This document shows positions 13,252 through 25,125 of a DNA stretch of 64,000 nt, one piece after another. This stretch comes from Podarcis erhardii (taxonomy: Eukaryota). Below the pieces are notes generated by a model. It ran no database searches. It saw nothing but the letters and a program-made list of their open reading frames with translations, and was not told where the DNA came from. The first letter of the stretch is position 1; the number at the start of each line of letters is the position of its first letter. A program made the position numbers and the translations under genes. The DNA is taken from assembly GCA_964252035.1 (NCBI GenBank), contig OZ176205.1. One strand, written 5' to 3'.

Positions 13252-13794
13252 GGAATCAAGCTGGTGTTGCTCCACTAAAGGAAGGCATCTGTCCATGGAA
13301 TATGGAGAAGCCATTCAGATAAATTACTCCTTCCTCTGCAACCCCCACCCCTCCAAAAAAAAAACTGATGTAAAGAGCTGCAGAACCCTCCAGAGCAGAT
13401 TTGGGGGCCTCTGTGCTGCAGAATCTCCCTTCTGCTTTCAGTTGCAATTTCAGTTACAATTCTATGATCACAGACTTCCCACACTTTATTTTATAATCAC
13501 TCAATGAGAGCAGGGTTTATCACAATGTGTGAGATATAGTTCAATATATGACTGGAGTTAATGAAACATAAAATGAGTGATAAGTAATCTTTATTGCTTT
13601 GCAGTTTGCTTTGGTTCCCATGAAACCTAGTATTCCATGGCTCTTGCATTTTCTTGGTCTTTTGGCTCCATAATGTAAAACTTTATTTTCTCTTTTTACA
13701 CTTGTGTGTGAGGGGTGGGGTGCGGAGAGAAATTAGATATTCAACCAATGTGTTATACACAATCCCCATTTTAGGGGAGCATTTCATGCATATA

Positions 13795-13852
13795 ATGAAG
13801 TGGGCTCTAACACATGAAAGCTTATGAAACAATAAATATTAGTTTTTAAGGA
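13795..13852 (+). mobile_element. Decayed Penelope-like 3' end with hammerhead remnant
   Basis: gaagtgggctctaacacatgaaagcttatg...aataaa resembles a reptile PLE terminus as I recall it (stem II-GAAA-AGCT-T-ATG); the CUGA core is lost. Confidence 0.45.
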
Positions 13853-16749
13853 TTTTCCACATTAAACCGTAGAGAAACAATCGTGACGGGTACAGCAGCA
13901 GATTCCCTTATCCAGTTGATAAATACATCAGCTGGAGGCAGCTGCTGAATTAGTGTAGTGATTTGAATTCCCCCTAGTGGTGCTTAGATGAAAAGGTAAA
14001 TTAAAAAGTTACTTTTTACAAGTATTATTGCAATTGCTTATTGCTGGGTAAAGAACCACAACCTCTTAAATCATGTCCTCCCAAAAAGTTACACTGAATG
14101 CAACAGAATGACACTGAACATTGGTATACATATACAAAACAAAACAAAAAAACTTCCCCAAAAGCAGCTGGAGAAGAGGGTGAAGAAAGAGCTGTGAATG
14201 GAGGAAAGCCCTTTCCCCATCCTTTGGACCCCCTGGGAAACTAAACAAACCTGCTGGAACTGGGTGTGGAGAGTGCAGCTCAATGGGACACAGCTGTGGT
14301 CAGCCAGAGAAAGCACCATCTACCTTGGGCCTGCCCATAAAAAGCAAGTCTAGAGTGAGAGACTTGGGTGATGACAAGGAACTCTTCTCATTGTGAGACT
14401 TTTGTGGGTGAACTTAAGAGTTTGTTGAACACTGGCTGAGAAACCTGGCAGTTGAGAAGAAGAGAGAACTAGACAGAAAATGAATGGATATTGATTTACA
14501 TATATGAGTAATTTTTATATTAATGTACCATTTTTATATGTAACTCTGTATTTTGTTTAAGTTGTCTGTTGTTGCTTCACCTTTTTTGTAAATTGCTTAG
14601 AGATATTGTTAATATAAAAAGTGGTATAGAAATTAAATAATAAATACATAAACAAATATAAGGCTTTTAAAATTGCAACATTAATCCCAGTTTATCATCA
14701 TGGAATGCATTCTTGCCCTTTTCTCTTTGGTGTCAATAATCATTCTGGCTCATGTTACTGTTAGTTTGTATTACAGAACTTTAAAATGTTAAGGATCACG
14801 AGCCGAGTGGCTAGGTTTGAGCTTGATTCTTGTACACATACAAGTTACAATTCAATAAGGAAGATCAATGCACAAAACCAGATCTTTACATGAAAAGCTA
14901 ATTCAACACTCATGCAAACTGCCATAGCAGGGAGCAGAAAGGAATAACAGTGGACCCCTATTATTTGTAGACTTATTAAATATATGTTTGTAAGAACCTT
15001 TATTTTTATTTATTCAGTGGGGATGTTTTATTTTCAATTTCAAAAAACAATGCACAAAGCCAGGAAGACAAGTCCACATGCATAGAAAATCTGCAAGTAG
15101 TAACAGGAGTAACACTGATAAAATTATCCATTGAGAACTGATGGTACGGACACTGAAATGATGAATGGAGTGTAAAACACACACACACACAAATGTACCC
15201 TTAAATATAAACATTACTTTCATTCTCACTGAAGTTAATAAAGAAAATGTCCAGGAAGGATTATCAAATCCTTTGTTTATTATGTTCAGTGTATCTTGGA
15301 ATAAAGAGCTTTACAAACCCAGCATTTCTTCTTGTTCTGAGATGTCAGTTGCATTGTAGAGCAACTCAGCGCAAAGTATCATATTCCTACTCTCTTATCT
15401 GTTATCTTGTTCTTTAGCCTTACATGAAGTCTCATAGCGTCTCACCCACAGGCATCTCATTTACCTCCATAGTACATTTTCCAAAGCAATTTGAGGGCTT
15501 CAGCATTGAACGTGCCACACACTTTAATTCCCTCATTAATTATAAACCATTACAAAGGATTAAAATACTCTACCTTTTCCCTAATGTTTGTTTTCAGCAA
15601 ATGAATTCAACTAGGCTGCACTGGATTTAATGTTTTGTACTGGCCTAGAAATAGATGCTAATAACTGAGGGTCAAGGGAAGACACAACCACACCATCATA
15701 ACCTAATAATTACTTTCTAAAAATATAGGTAACTACCTTTCTATCAGGCCAACAAAGAGGCCCATCCATTCCTAGACACATGGAACCAACCAGTTCCTGA
15801 ATGCACAAAGGAAAATAATCCATTGAGTTTGCTTGGTACTCTGCCAATTACTAACAGCATTCTTTTCTACCACTGCAGCAGGGAACCTCTGATGAATGAA
15901 GCAGTAGAGGACACATTATGAGAGGGCATGCAACCCACAATGGAAACAACTGATCAACTGCAGCCAGTGGTGAGCTGGCAGCTACAGGAGTCCCAGCAAA
16001 ATATATTTTATACATTCATCATTAAGAAGCTTGCAACACAATCCTGTGTTCAAGGAGACAACTAAGTGCGTGTAGAAATGCAGCCTTCAAGTATAATATT
16101 ACAGGACTTGTGGCAGCACAACCAAACTTCCTCTTTGTTCACTAACTGCAACACGGGCTTTTGAAAAAGGATTATGTACCTCGCCTGTGGCTTAGTTTAA
16201 CTATCATGAAGCAGCCCTGTCATGTTTGATTTATGCCCTTTCCCCTTGATCTACTTACTTAAGGAGGTGGGCAGGTTTATACTGGATGTGAGGGGCATTC
16301 TCTTGGTACTACTGCATCTGTAGAACACTTTTTCATCTGGTGCTCCCAACATTCTGAAACCAGCAGGAAGCCATGTAGATGCAGAATCTGCAGTTTTCGG
16401 CAACCACTGTTAAGCAGCATCCAAGGCAGTTTGCATACCTACCTAACTGGCACTGCTGAAGAACCATCAAGAAGGGCAAGTAGGTAGGTTTCATGGTACA
16501 GTCAAAACTAGTCTATAATTGTGCCACATAGCAGCGTATATTTTGGACACAAAGCATTTGAGCATGCTAAGAACTTAGGAAGGCCTTGATCACACAGTAA
16601 ACTTTGCCATGCTATATTTATTTTATATTGTATTCCTCCTTTTCCCCAAAACAGAAACTCAAGGCAGCTCACAAAAATTGAAACAGAAAGGGATAAACCA
16701 CAGGTAGCTGAAAACATATAAAAGATTATATGTACCGGTAGTTAAAAAG

Positions 16750-17630
16750 TAATTAAACTATAATGGAATTTAAATGATGTAAAAACAAATTATTAAAGTG
16801 TATATAGTAAAAACACTATAAACAACACACCATTTAAAAGCACTTTCCTTGAAAGCAGTCAGTTCCCTGCTGGAATAAATCAGTCTTCATCTGCCGGCAG
16901 AAGGACAACAGGGAGGGAGTCAGCCTAGTCTCTCTAGGAAGGGAGTTCTGAAGTCTGGAGCAGTCACTAAAAAGGCCCTCTCCTGTGTTTCCACAAAATA
17001 TGCCTGTGACATAGGAGCCAGCTCCTAGGGGCTGCGGGGGCTTCGTCCCCCACAATAAAATATTTGAGGGGAATGAGCTACCTCAAAGTTGATGGGCACT
17101 GTCATTCAAATGGTGTGTATGCACTGTGTCATGTGATTGATTATGCGGGGTGGGGCTTATCTGGGCCCCCACAATATTTCATTCAAGTTGGCAGCCTGGT
17201 CTGTGAGGGTGGTGAGATTGAGAGCAGGAAGGCCTCTCCCAGTGATCTAAGAGCCTGGGCAGGTTCATACAGTCCTTCAAATAGCCTGGGCCTAAGCTGT
17301 GTAGACTCAGCTTCATAGGTCATAACCAGCACTTCAAATTATGCCCAGAAACAGACTGGCAACCAGTGTAGCTGTTGTAACAAGGAAGTAACATGCTCCT
17401 TATAACCATCCCCAGTCAACAGACTGGTTGTAACTCTTTGGTCAACTAAAATTCCCAAGCACTTTTAAAAGGCATCCCTACATGCAGTAATTCAAATGGG
17501 ATATAACTAAGGTATGTGTTCCTGTGGCCAGATCAGACATCTCTTGGAACTGATGAAGCTAGCACACTAGCTTTAACTGTGCAAATGCACTCCTAACCAC
17601 CACAGAAACCTGGGCATCCCTTGCTCAGGG
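16750..17630 (-). mobile_element. L2 LINE 3' fragment (degenerate), interrupted by a hAT MITE
   Basis: Minus-strand EHVTSLLQQLHWLPVCFWA*FEVLVMTY resembles the L2 motif HITPVL..LHWLPV..R..FKVL; boundaries approximate. Confidence 0.6.
17010..17198. mobile_element. hAT MITE nested in the L2 fragment
   Basis: Imperfect CA..TG termini with an 8-bp TSD gcctgtga / gtctgtga (7 of 8 match). Confidence 0.65.
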
Positions 17631-17961
17631 TTGAATCTAGGCACACACCCTAACTGCAAACATGCATCTTCAGGGGAAGTATATCCCCATCTAGTACAGA
17701 CTGAATCCCTATTCTTGTTCTACTTTCTGCCTATTCAAGAGTACCTCTGTCTTGTCTGGATTAGGTTTGTTCACCCTCTGTTCACCCTCATCCAGTCCAT
17801 CACTGATGGTAGACACTGCTTTAGAACCAGTTATTTACAGAGGGATTTATAACAGCCACTGAAGGTGGGAGGCATAAACTAGGTCCCCTCCTGTCTCCTT
17901 GGCCACCACTCAGTGGCTTGTAGCATATTGTGCAGCACCATTGAGAAACCACTGTTTTCCA

Positions 17962-18767
17962 GCTGCAAGATAAGAGACTGTGAGAATCAGGGATTGACCT
18001 TGGACTATTTGAGAATGTCGACAGAAGAAACTTTAGTGATTGTATTATGCAAGATAAGTCACTCGTTGGAACAACTCCACAAGAAGACAGATGTCATGAC
18101 TACTAAAATTGATAACTTGGGACAAAAAGTGACTAACTTGGGACAAAAAGTGGCTATCAATACAGAAATTATTCAGGATCTGATACAGGAATCTACTTTG
18201 ACAGGGCAAATTGTTGAGAAGGCAAAGGAGAAAGTTGCTGTTGTTGAACCTAAAGTAATACAAGTGGGAGTCCCAGCCTTACAGAGGCAAATTAAGGACT
18301 ATAAATTGAGGCCTTTTATGACTGATTTTAGAAAAATGTTGGAATGAAATCTTATGGCTTTAGTTGAAATGTTATAAGGAGTTAAGCATAAATAAGCATT
18401 ATAGTATTAATGGAAAATAAGGGTAAAAATGAGTTAAGATATTTATATCACAGAAAACAGAGAAAGATGGAAAGGAATTGCTGAAACAATTAATAGAAGT
18501 GGAATACAAAAAGGGAGGTGAGAGGAGGTCGATGAAACAAGGGTATGAAAGATAGACTACTGAAATGGTACAATGTATGTTTTTAAATTGTTTTTGTTTT
18601 GTTTTGTTTAGGTTAATGTTGTGTTTTGTTTTGTTTAGATTATATTATATATTGTATTGTATTTTTTCCCCTTTTTGTTGTTTTTTTCTTTTTGTCTTTT
18701 TTTCTTCTTTTTCTTTTTTGTAAGTTCTAAAAGTAATAAATATTATTATTTTTTTTTAAAAAAAAGA
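17962..18767 (+). mobile_element. Second, 5'-truncated and internally shorter copy of the HAL1-like family
   Basis: 19-bp TSD gagaaaccactgttttcca (17943-17961 and 18768-18786). ORF and 3' UTR (ggaatgaaat...gaatacaaaaagggaggtg.gaggaggtc) are homologous to the 11152-13251 element; AATAAA plus A tail. Confidence 0.85.
18015..18347 (+). CDS. 110-aa coiled-coil ORF of the second HAL1-like copy
   Basis: MSTEETL...KLRPFMTDFRKMLE*; open frame with an in-frame 21-nt duplication (18113-18152). Confidence 0.65.
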   Translation: MSTEETLVIVLCKISHSLEQLHKKTDVMTTKIDNLGQKVTNLGQKVAINTEIIQDLIQESTLTGQIVEKAKEKVAVVEPKVIQVGVPALQRQIKDYKLRPFMTDFRKMLE

Positions 18768-21700
18768 GAGAAACCACTGTTTTCCAAGTCTTTGTCTAGA
18801 TATATAGACTGCAAAATCCAATGCATGTGGATGGAACAGTAGACTTTCCATAAGAGGTAGAGATGGATGGACAAAACGAACAAGCACCGTTATATCAGCA
18901 CTGTTATATCAGTGAGGCCATGAAGATTGACAGCTGGAACAAGGTGTTTATGTTGGATGCTAAAGGGGACGGGGACCTTGTGGAAGGCTCTGAGGACTAG
19001 CACAATACAGCCCAACCTATTCTTCTTTCCACTTAAAAACCTAGCTTACCGACCTATTCCCAAGTTAAACAAAATTAAGTGGACCTTAAAAAAAAAAAAG
19101 AAATACAAAAGGAAAGGAAATGCCACAATTCTCCATCTTTAAGTATTCTTGAGACACTCTCCTTGGCACAAATGATACAAGCCGGCTCTGTAGCAAGGAG
19201 AATTGCTTGTTTAGAGTCTAATCAGAATTTGTTTTTCTGACTAAACAGATTATGACATGGGAATAAACAAAATACAGTTAATTTTGGGCTCTGCTCCTTT
19301 GACTAGACAGGTCTCCCAGGGCTTGGATCCCTCAGTGATGCTCTTTGACCTCAAGGCTTTGTTTTGCCTCAGACCGCACATCTGTTCCCTTTCTTTTCCT
19401 CCCAACAGGACCATTCAAGAACAGGACGTGCTGCCTGCCTCTGTGTCTCACGCATCTCTTTCCAAATTCACAGATTAGAGGGTGAAGGAGGCAGAGAAAG
19501 GAAGAACTTACAAGACTGGTGCCTGGTTCAGCCTTCCCAATTCATTCTGACTTTTAGTGGTACCTCATGACTTTTTTAGCATATCTCTTTGCATCAGTGT
19601 AGAAATTTGAATGTGTTCCTCTTACCCTGACTGTTCCAGATCATGTTAGGAAGCATCCTAAATTCCAATTTAAGTCATAAACTCTTCAACAGCTACCTGG
19701 CATGATGGCTGACTACTGCTTCCACAATTAGAGGCAGCATGCCTCTGCATACCTGTTGTTGGGGAACAACAGTGTGAGGCAGCTATTGTATCAAGGTCCT
19801 GCTTCTAAGCTTCCTTTAGGCATCTAACTGGTCACTGTGGTAAGCAGGATGCAGGTCTAGATAGGTTTTTAGCCTGGTACATTAGGTCTCAAAAAGAGAC
19901 CTGTTGTATTACGCTATTGGTATATATTGGTGGTTTTATAGTGGGTTTCTAATCGTTTTTATTTTTACATATGCAAACAGACCTTTTTCTTATGATCTAT
20001 CCTGCTGGCTGTGGCTGTTAGGAATCTGAATCCAACAACAACTGGACAGTACAAGGTTGGCCACCCCATTGTGATTTTAAACTTCAATCCTATCCCAATC
20101 TAAATCCCCCCCCCCCGAAGTGGCTATTAGATTGCAGCAGGACAGGGGACATCCTTCTTTTTTCTGTAATGGGAAGCAGCTTCAGGTCTATTTTGATAAA
20201 TACTCTCCCTCAACTAGTTCTGCTCCAAGTTTTTTTTTTAAGCAGTTGTTGTCCTTCATGGTACTATTAAACTGATGTTGTGGTGGTGGAAGAATAGTTG
20301 GGAGATTCAACTGCAGATCCTCCCTCTTGTGTCTCTTTGTGCCCTCAGTTGGGACTCACTGGGCGACGACAGCACTATACAAGGACAACGTACAAAGTTT
20401 GTTCACTTATTATAGACACAGTAAGGGCAATCACAATACTTTTGTAAAACACTGACATGAGACTTTGTTGTGATCACTAGCATGTAACTCTCAGAGTAGC
20501 TTCCAGCCTCAGAGATCTTTTGATCAGAAAAAAATGTATATTTCTAAAATCTTTGACTGAACCTCCCCTGTAAATATAATTCACAAATAAATTTATAATT
20601 TATAATAGAATTTATCATCAAAGTCCTTTACCAAGAGTCCAATTGACGAGCCTCTTCATACCTATGGATCTCAGTCTTCCAAGATTAATCCATCACACCC
20701 TGAAGAAAAAATGTAGAAAGGAAGAAACCAGTAACAAAGTGGCTTCATGGAGACAAAAGGAAGTCTTACCACCACACAGCAAAGGCAACAGATATCCTTT
20801 GTGAGGTAGTACAAATACTGCAGTCATACACCAAGGTAAGATCCGCTTTAGTGATAAAAGACAGTAAAGCCTAGAAGACTCCATTAGGGAGTCATTCTTC
20901 CAAACAACAGGGGAAGCAATAATTTTCTACATCATGCTTTCTCAAAACCTGCAGACACAACACTGAAAGCCGGTACAGGTCAGCAATAAATCAACTTCAC
21001 ATCATAAGAACTATTTTTAAAAAATTCAAGATGTTCAAAAGTGCTTTCCCACCATTCAGCAGAAATTGAATCAAGATGCAACCAGCACTGAATAAAGATC
21101 TTGGAGGAAAAAACCCAATAACATATTTCTAATTGATCCCTATTGGTAAGATAGTTTGTGGAGCATTATTTCCACAACAGAAACAGTCTATGACAACCTA
21201 ACTCAGCCTTCTCCAAGTTAGTGCTCTCCAGATGTTTTGGATTTTAATTACCATCTGCCCCATCCAGCATGGTCAAGATGGCTGAAGCTGACGGCACTCA
21301 TAGTCCAAAACATGTGGAGGGTACCAGGTTGGGGGAAGCTGACCTAAGCAGATAGCCTTGGGTTGTGTGTGGAAATCTCATTGTGCAATTAAAATAAAAC
21401 CCTCACAATATCTTTAAAGGATCATCCAAAGCTATGTAAGAAGGGTATTTGTTGATTTCACTGTTTGTTTACCAAGAAAATCTGGCAGACTTGAGATGAA
21501 AGTGATAGAGAAGCCAGAGGTTAGAATAAATCTGTGAACCAAACACAGAATTAAAAAAAACAAAGGCCATTTGCTGCTCATATTTTTAATACCTCCCCTT
21601 CATACCTTCCCCAGACTTTTCTTATTTCCCATCATATCATGGTATTCCCAGATGAAATAATAAATCCTTTCAAAATTGTCTCATTCTCTCCTAAAGCCTG

Positions 21701-22224
21701 TGCTATGGATACCAGTTTTCATTTGCTAAACATTTCATATTCTAAGGCCAGAAATAGACTTGGATTTCTTAAGACATTTTGCAACCGAGACACAGGCCCC
21801 TGCCCACTCCATCCTCCTCTGGTGAAAAGCACAGCTGACATAGTATCACTGGCACAGAGATAACCATCCAAACCAGGTGCTACCCTAAACACTACAAGAA
21901 ATGAAAATGCTGGTTACGATTGATACCTGCCAATTAGATAAAGAGGTTTGTTGCTGGGGAAGGATCAGGAGACAAGTTGTACCAGGTCGCCAACTTTTTT
22001 GGGGCTGCGCACACCTTTCCAAACCAGTTAAATTACCATGAGCACTCAATATCCCCCTCCCACCAGAAAAGCATTTTCACTTCCCACCTCCCCTAACTTT
22101 TTGGGAGAGGGAGCTTCCTAAAGAGTACAACTGGAGAAGCAAGAGTCAACCTTCCTTTCCCAGCTTCAAACTCCAAGAAAATAATCACACAGAGATCACA
22201 TCCACACCATACATTCACAACATA

Positions 22225-22450
22225 CAGTGGTACCTCGAGTTAAGTACTTAATTCGTTTCAGAGGTCCATTCTTAACCTGAAACTGTTCTTAACCTGAAGC
22301 ACCACTTTAGGTAATTAGGCCTCCTGCTGCCGCCGCGCCGTTGGGGCACGATTTCTGTTCTCATCCTGAAGCAAAGTTCTTAACCCGAGGTACTATTTCT
22401 GGGTTAGCGGAGTCTGTAACCTGAAGCGGATGTAACCCGAGGTACCACTG
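22225..22450. mobile_element. Tigger-like MITE, complete
   Basis: TIRs cagtggtacctcg / cgaggtaccactg with TA TSD on both sides. Confidence 0.92.
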
Positions 22451-22772
22451 TATTTAAAGTGCATGGCTTCCCCAAAAGAATCCTGAGGAATATTGTTTGT
22501 TAAGGGTGCTGGGAATTATATCTCTGTGAATGGTAAACTATAGTTCCCATGAATCTTTGGGGGCAAACAATGTGCTTTAAATGTATAGTGCAAATGTGAC
22601 GACACACAACAATTAAGCTTGCAAAAAAATTCTATTGGTTAAAGCCAAAAACTTCTTTCAAGACTAATTTCAGCAAGGACAGGTGGACAGGACAAGATCT
22701 TGTGGGCACCATGGAAAACCACCTTTGGCACCTGTGGGCCTGTAGGTGTCAGTCAGTGTCTAAGTGCCATAT

Positions 22773-22844
<72 letters not shown>
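22773..22844. repeat. (AAAG)n microsatellite
   Basis: Read directly. Confidence 0.95.
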
Positions 22845-24131
22845 CTTCTCCTTCGCCAAATTAGTCAATAACTCTGTGACAGTATTTAAACTAGACATAA
22901 AGCCGCTGATGCAGTTGGCAGTAACATGTATATTTATTTGACAATCAATATAAGGTGTGGAATCCCTAATCCAAACTGGGAACCTGGGAACATGTAGGGA
23001 ATTTTAATTTAGTTTTCTTCCAGTGAAACTAGGAGGGGCAGGGGGCACAATCCAAATGATAATTGTAACAAGAGACATAAGGCTAAAGTCTTACCGTCTG
23101 AAGGTCCTTACCACCCACCAAGATGGTGGTGTATTAGCTGTATTAGCCCTGTCCTATGTCTCTACTACTTATTTTTATAAATAATTCATGCAATTGTTAA
23201 TTGGGCGAATGGTATCATGTCTAGTTTGCCCATACTAAGTTAATGAATGTTTGGCTCTGAAACAAAGATGCACATAAGCTTTAAATATGAACTTGAACCA
23301 AAGTCAGTCAGATCTCAAACCCACAAGCATTTAGGTCTGATTCACCAACTCTTAACATTGGATGTTACACAAATACCAAAACCTGGAAGACTACCATGGA
23401 GTCATTTCCAGGACACATTTCTAAACCTTATATGTGTGGGGGGGGGGTTGCTTCTAAATTGGCTTCAACTTTCATGTGTGCATTATTGTGGATACTTCAC
23501 AAAACTCTAATTTCATAATACACATAAATTTTACAATTCAGTTTTATACCAATTTAATCTGAAAGGGAACAGTTTAAATTCATTCTTCCATCAATTGCTA
23601 ATAGCTAAAAAATATTATTATGTAAACAGCTATGCGCTTCAATGAAAAGCCAAATGTGCAGGTGAAAAAAATACACACAAATGGAAGATTTATAGGTTGT
23701 CGCCTTGGATTACCTATTAGCCAATAACATCGTAAATTCATCACTAAAATTAGAGATGTTGACAAACTGCCTTGTATGCTGTCAACATACTGCCTCAACA
23801 GATCACAATTTTTCACAGTGACAACTTTCCTAGTGAGCAAATGCTACTCATTCCAAATGAGACAAACAACAAGTGGAACTGTCCTGACTTCTGCCCCAAA
23901 ACACACAAGCAGAGAGAGGCTCTTGTAAGAAAGAGATCTTTATTCAACACAGACTCAGCAGCAGACACAGAGCTGAGGCGTCTCAGTTCAGGAGTTCAAG
24001 AGTATAGCAAGAAGTTCAGAACTAAGGAAGTGAGAAAGATGTCCCAACAGGTTTCCATACCACATCCACTAAGCTTTTAAAGGCAATACAGGGAAGTTTC
24101 TAATGTGTGACATTTTGATGTATTTTTAATC

Positions 24132-24215
24132 TTTGTTAGAAGCCGTCCAGAGCGGCTGGGGAAACCCAGCCAGATGGGTGGGGTACAAATAATTAATTAT
24201 TATTATTATATTATC
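24132..24215 (+). mobile_element. LINE 3' tail (L2/CR1-like), short
   Basis: gaagccgtccagagcggctggggaaacccagccagatgggtggggtacaaataat followed by (att)n; family assignment from recall only. Confidence 0.45.
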
Positions 24216-25087
24216 ATTACATGGTGTGCTTACTGACAATATTTGCTCATCTTAGGGAATGACAGGATTGCTAGCACATGATACATTGGGAAGCTGGGTC
24301 TCCTGTTTAGGCTCCTGTTTAGTCACTGACATCTTGGCTACTCAAAGCCCTTGCCAGCCTCCACTAAGTCTTTCCACTCTGCAGGAAGATTCAAGGGCAT
24401 CCATGCTCCCCATTCTGTAACAACTGAAATTGGGGTGGAAAGGGGATATCCTGCCAATCCAAACCCATTTCAACAGCACTGTGGGGCTCATGGCAGAGAC
24501 CTCCAACAAAGTAATGCAGTGCAGAGTGCTTTTGTTCAGGATTCTAGACACCCCATCCCAAAATATGCTGATACCTCGTTCTTGTGCACAGTTGTTGCCA
24601 TTTTGGCTTCATAAGCAGCGACACTTGGACAACTAAACTGGAATTAAAGTGCAAGATGATGATGTAATGTGAGGTCTAAATGAATGTTTGCAAACTTACC
24701 AGGCATATGTGCAAAATTATTAATATTAATACTACATAAAATGAAACATGTTTTAATAAATATTTGTTTAAAATTCACAAATAAAGCTGTATTACACAAG
24801 ATGTGGTGGCAAATGCACATTTGCCACAGTAGTTTACTGCACCAATGAGCTAGCCAATGTTTCCTGGTGTATGCAGCTGTGTAACATCCATAGCTGAAAA
24901 TGAACATTTGTTGTGAATCCATTGAATTTTTATAAGTACATGTAAAAGAAGAAGAAGCCTGTAACAATATAATCATCTCATTGCCATTTAAGTTACAGAT
25001 AGGTAGCCGTGTTGGTCTGCCATGGTCAAAACAAAATAAAAAAATTCCTTCCAGTAGCACCTTAAAGACCAACTGAGTTAGTTCTAG

Positions 25088-25125
25088 GTATGAGCTTTCG
25101 TGTGCATGCACACTTCTTCAGATAC
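25088..25125 (-). ncRNA. Minimal type I hammerhead ribozyme motif (PLE-associated)
   Basis: Exact reverse complement of 26860-26897. Confidence 0.75.

Noticed and set aside
17488-17515. CTGATGA followed by a GCTAG/CTAGC hairpin as a possible hammerhead
   Set aside because: No GAAA or stem III follows, and it lies within the L2 fragment.
24644-25111. 155-aa minus-strand ORF
   Set aside because: It runs from the inverted PLE arm into AT-rich flank and its composition is not protein-like.
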